Origin: an uncultured Peptostreptococcus sp.
GTDB taxonomy: Bacteria > Bacillota > Clostridia > Peptostreptococcales > Peptostreptococcaceae
DNA: 64,000 nt
Reading direction: 5' to 3'
Assembly: GCA_900759325.1 (NCBI GenBank)
Contig: CAAEUW010000025.1
Location: 16,057 to 80,056 of the forward strand
Shown here: positions 62,448 to 64,000 of the stretch, one piece after another
Position numbering within the stretch: the stretch's first letter is position 1
Layout of the letters: each line of letters opens with the position of its first letter
Translations under genes and position numbers: made by a program
Notes under the pieces: model-generated
Told to the model about the DNA's origin: nothing
The model's database searches: none
The model's input: only the letters and a program-made list of their open reading frames with translations

Positions 62448-62488
62448 GGACTTCTGACTCAGTATCTTTTGAGTAGGAGTCTGTTTTT
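62448..62488 (+). terminator. Riboswitch expression-platform terminator (OFF switch)
   Basis: GGACTTCTGACTCA...TGAGTAGGAGTCT-GTTTTT. Its ACTCA can alternatively pair with the P1 3' strand TGAGT to form an antiterminator. Confidence 0.8.
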
Positions 62489-62531
62489 ATTTTATGAAAT
62501 TATCAAATTTATAAGTATTTTAGGAGGAAAA

Positions 62532-63869
62532 ATGGAAGAAATGAACGTAAACATGGACCAGGCAAGCCAGTCCAGCAAGAGGAATGAACTCAAGTATTCT
62601 ATAGAGGCAGTACCGCCAATGGGTGTGTCAATCCTACTAGCCCTACAGCATATACTAGCAGCCTTTGCAGGTATAATAGCTGTGCCTCTTGTTGTTTGTA
62701 CAGCCTTGAAGCTAAGTGTTGAACAGACAAGTCTAATGGTGGCTGCAACTATATTCGCATCAGGTATCACAACAATATTACAGTCAAAGGGACTTGGGCC
62801 TATAGGGTCAAGAGTCTCCGGTATGATGGGTACTGACTTTACCTTTGTAAATCCATCTATAAGCGTTGGTGCTAAGTTTGGTATAGCTGGTATAGTAGCA
62901 GCTACAATCACTGGATCATTTGTGGAAATAGTCTTAAGTAGGTTTATTAAGCCACTGATGAAGTTCTTCCCACCACTAATCACAGGTACAGTTGTATCCT
63001 TGATAGGTATTACCCTACTACCAGTAAGTATAGACTGGGCAGCAGGTGGAGTAGGTGCAGCTGACTACGGTTCAATAAAGAATATATCTGTTGCCTTTAT
63101 AATCATGCTATTTACCCTATTCTTAAACCACTTCGGTAAGGGCATGCTATCAACAGCAGCAGTATTTATAGGTATGGTATTTGGTTATCTTGTATGTATA
63201 CCAATGGGTATGGTAGACTTGACATCTGTAGCCAAGGCAGACTGGATAGCAATACCAAATATTTTACGTTACGGATTCCATTTTGATATGGCTTCTACAC
63301 TTTCCTTTGTGCCGGCCTATGTGGTTTCTACAATAGGTACAGTTGGTATAATGATGGCGATTGGTGAAGCATCTCATGAAAAAATTGACAGTGACAGGGC
63401 GGCTGCCGGTGTCCTTTGTGACGGTGTAGGTTCAATGATATCAGGTATATTTGGAGCAGGTCCAAACACAGCCTTTTCACAGAATGTCGGACTAATCACA
63501 CTTACCAAGGTTGCTAGTAGACACGTAATGATAATTGCTGGTATAATATTAGCCATACTAGGAGTATTTCCAAAGTTGAGCGCCTTAATTGCAGTAATGC
63601 CTTCTCCAGTACTGGGTGGTGTTGGTGTAATAATGTTCGGCCTAGTTGCAGCCCAGGGTATAAAGACCCTAGCTTCAATCGACTTGGGAGACCGTGAATT
63701 GCTGATAATTTCTGTTGCCTTTGCCCTAGGTATAGGTGTAACAGTTAAGCCAGAAATCCTACAGGGTCTACCAGATGCCCTAAAGATGATCCTTTCATCT
63801 GGTATTTCAACAGGTACCCTAGCAGCCTTGATATTAAATGTTGTCTTGGTTGACAGAAGAAGTAAGTAG
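62532..63869 (+). CDS. pbuX: NCS2 xanthine/uracil permease
   Basis: QH motif in TM1, NAT signature FSQNVGLI, PSPVLGG; under a purine riboswitch. Confidence 0.85.
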   Translation: MEEMNVNMDQASQSSKRNELKYSIEAVPPMGVSILLALQHILAAFAGIIAVPLVVCTALKLSVEQTSLMVAATIFASGITTILQSKGLGPIGSRVSGMMGTDFTFVNPSISVGAKFGIAGIVAATITGSFVEIVLSRFIKPLMKFFPPLITGTVVSLIGITLLPVSIDWAAGGVGAADYGSIKNISVAFIIMLFTLFLNHFGKGMLSTAAVFIGMVFGYLVCIPMGMVDLTSVAKADWIAIPNILRYGFHFDMASTLSFVPAYVVSTIGTVGIMMAIGEASHEKIDSDRAAAGVLCDGVGSMISGIFGAGPNTAFSQNVGLITLTKVASRHVMIIAGIILAILGVFPKLSALIAVMPSPVLGGVGVIMFGLVAAQGIKTLASIDLGDRELLIISVAFALGIGVTVKPEILQGLPDALKMILSSGISTGTLAALILNVVLVDRRSK

Positions 63870-63942
63870 GTCCATAAGGGATAAGAAAACAAGTCCTAAA
63901 GGGACAGAAAATAAGAGGTCCTAGAGGGACAGGAGGAATACA

Positions 63943-64000
63943 ATGAAACTATTAGAAGATATGATATTAAAGAGGGGCAGGGTCCTAGATGGTAACATAT
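63943..64000 (+). CDS. xpt: Xanthine phosphoribosyltransferase, N-terminal fragment (runs off the window)
   Basis: RBS AGGAGG; MKLLEDMILKRGRVLDGNI resembles the Xpt N-terminus; follows pbuX. Confidence 0.75.
   Translation, partial: MKLLEDMILKRGRVLDGNI

Overview
A 64 kb low-GC Firmicute chromosomal segment, mostly core housekeeping genes on the + strand (purine-rich, leading-strand-like). Gene content and protein style suggest Peptostreptococcaceae, possibly Peptostreptococcus (my inference, not a database match). It holds about 65 CDSs: RNA modification and DNA repair genes (RsmF-like, trmL, nth, mutS2, ligA), argS, lon-yihA, tig-clpP-clpX, an rph-rdgB fusion, sufCBDSU, a full FASII cluster (accBCDA-fabT-fabH-acpP-fabK-fabD-fabG-fabF-fabZ) and a purine riboswitch ahead of pbuX-xpt. 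I found no rRNA, tRNA, CRISPR array, transposase, integrase or prophage. Nothing here is a demonstrated novel system. The best leads are: (1) an orphan SigG/SigF-like sigma factor with rewritten promoter-recognition segments; (2) an HTH-HEAT protein plus a Nudix protein with a degenerate Nudix box, behind a SigH-type promoter; (3) a small alarmone synthetase followed by two phosphatases; (4) a TPR protein with a 14-Cys tail next to suf; (5) an AT-rich islet with two DUF2975-like genes and a YozG-like regulator, with an operator-like palindrome over its promoter; (6) a guanine riboswitch with U at position 73. All product calls come from motifs read by eye. Start codons were moved to RBS-supported positions where noted.
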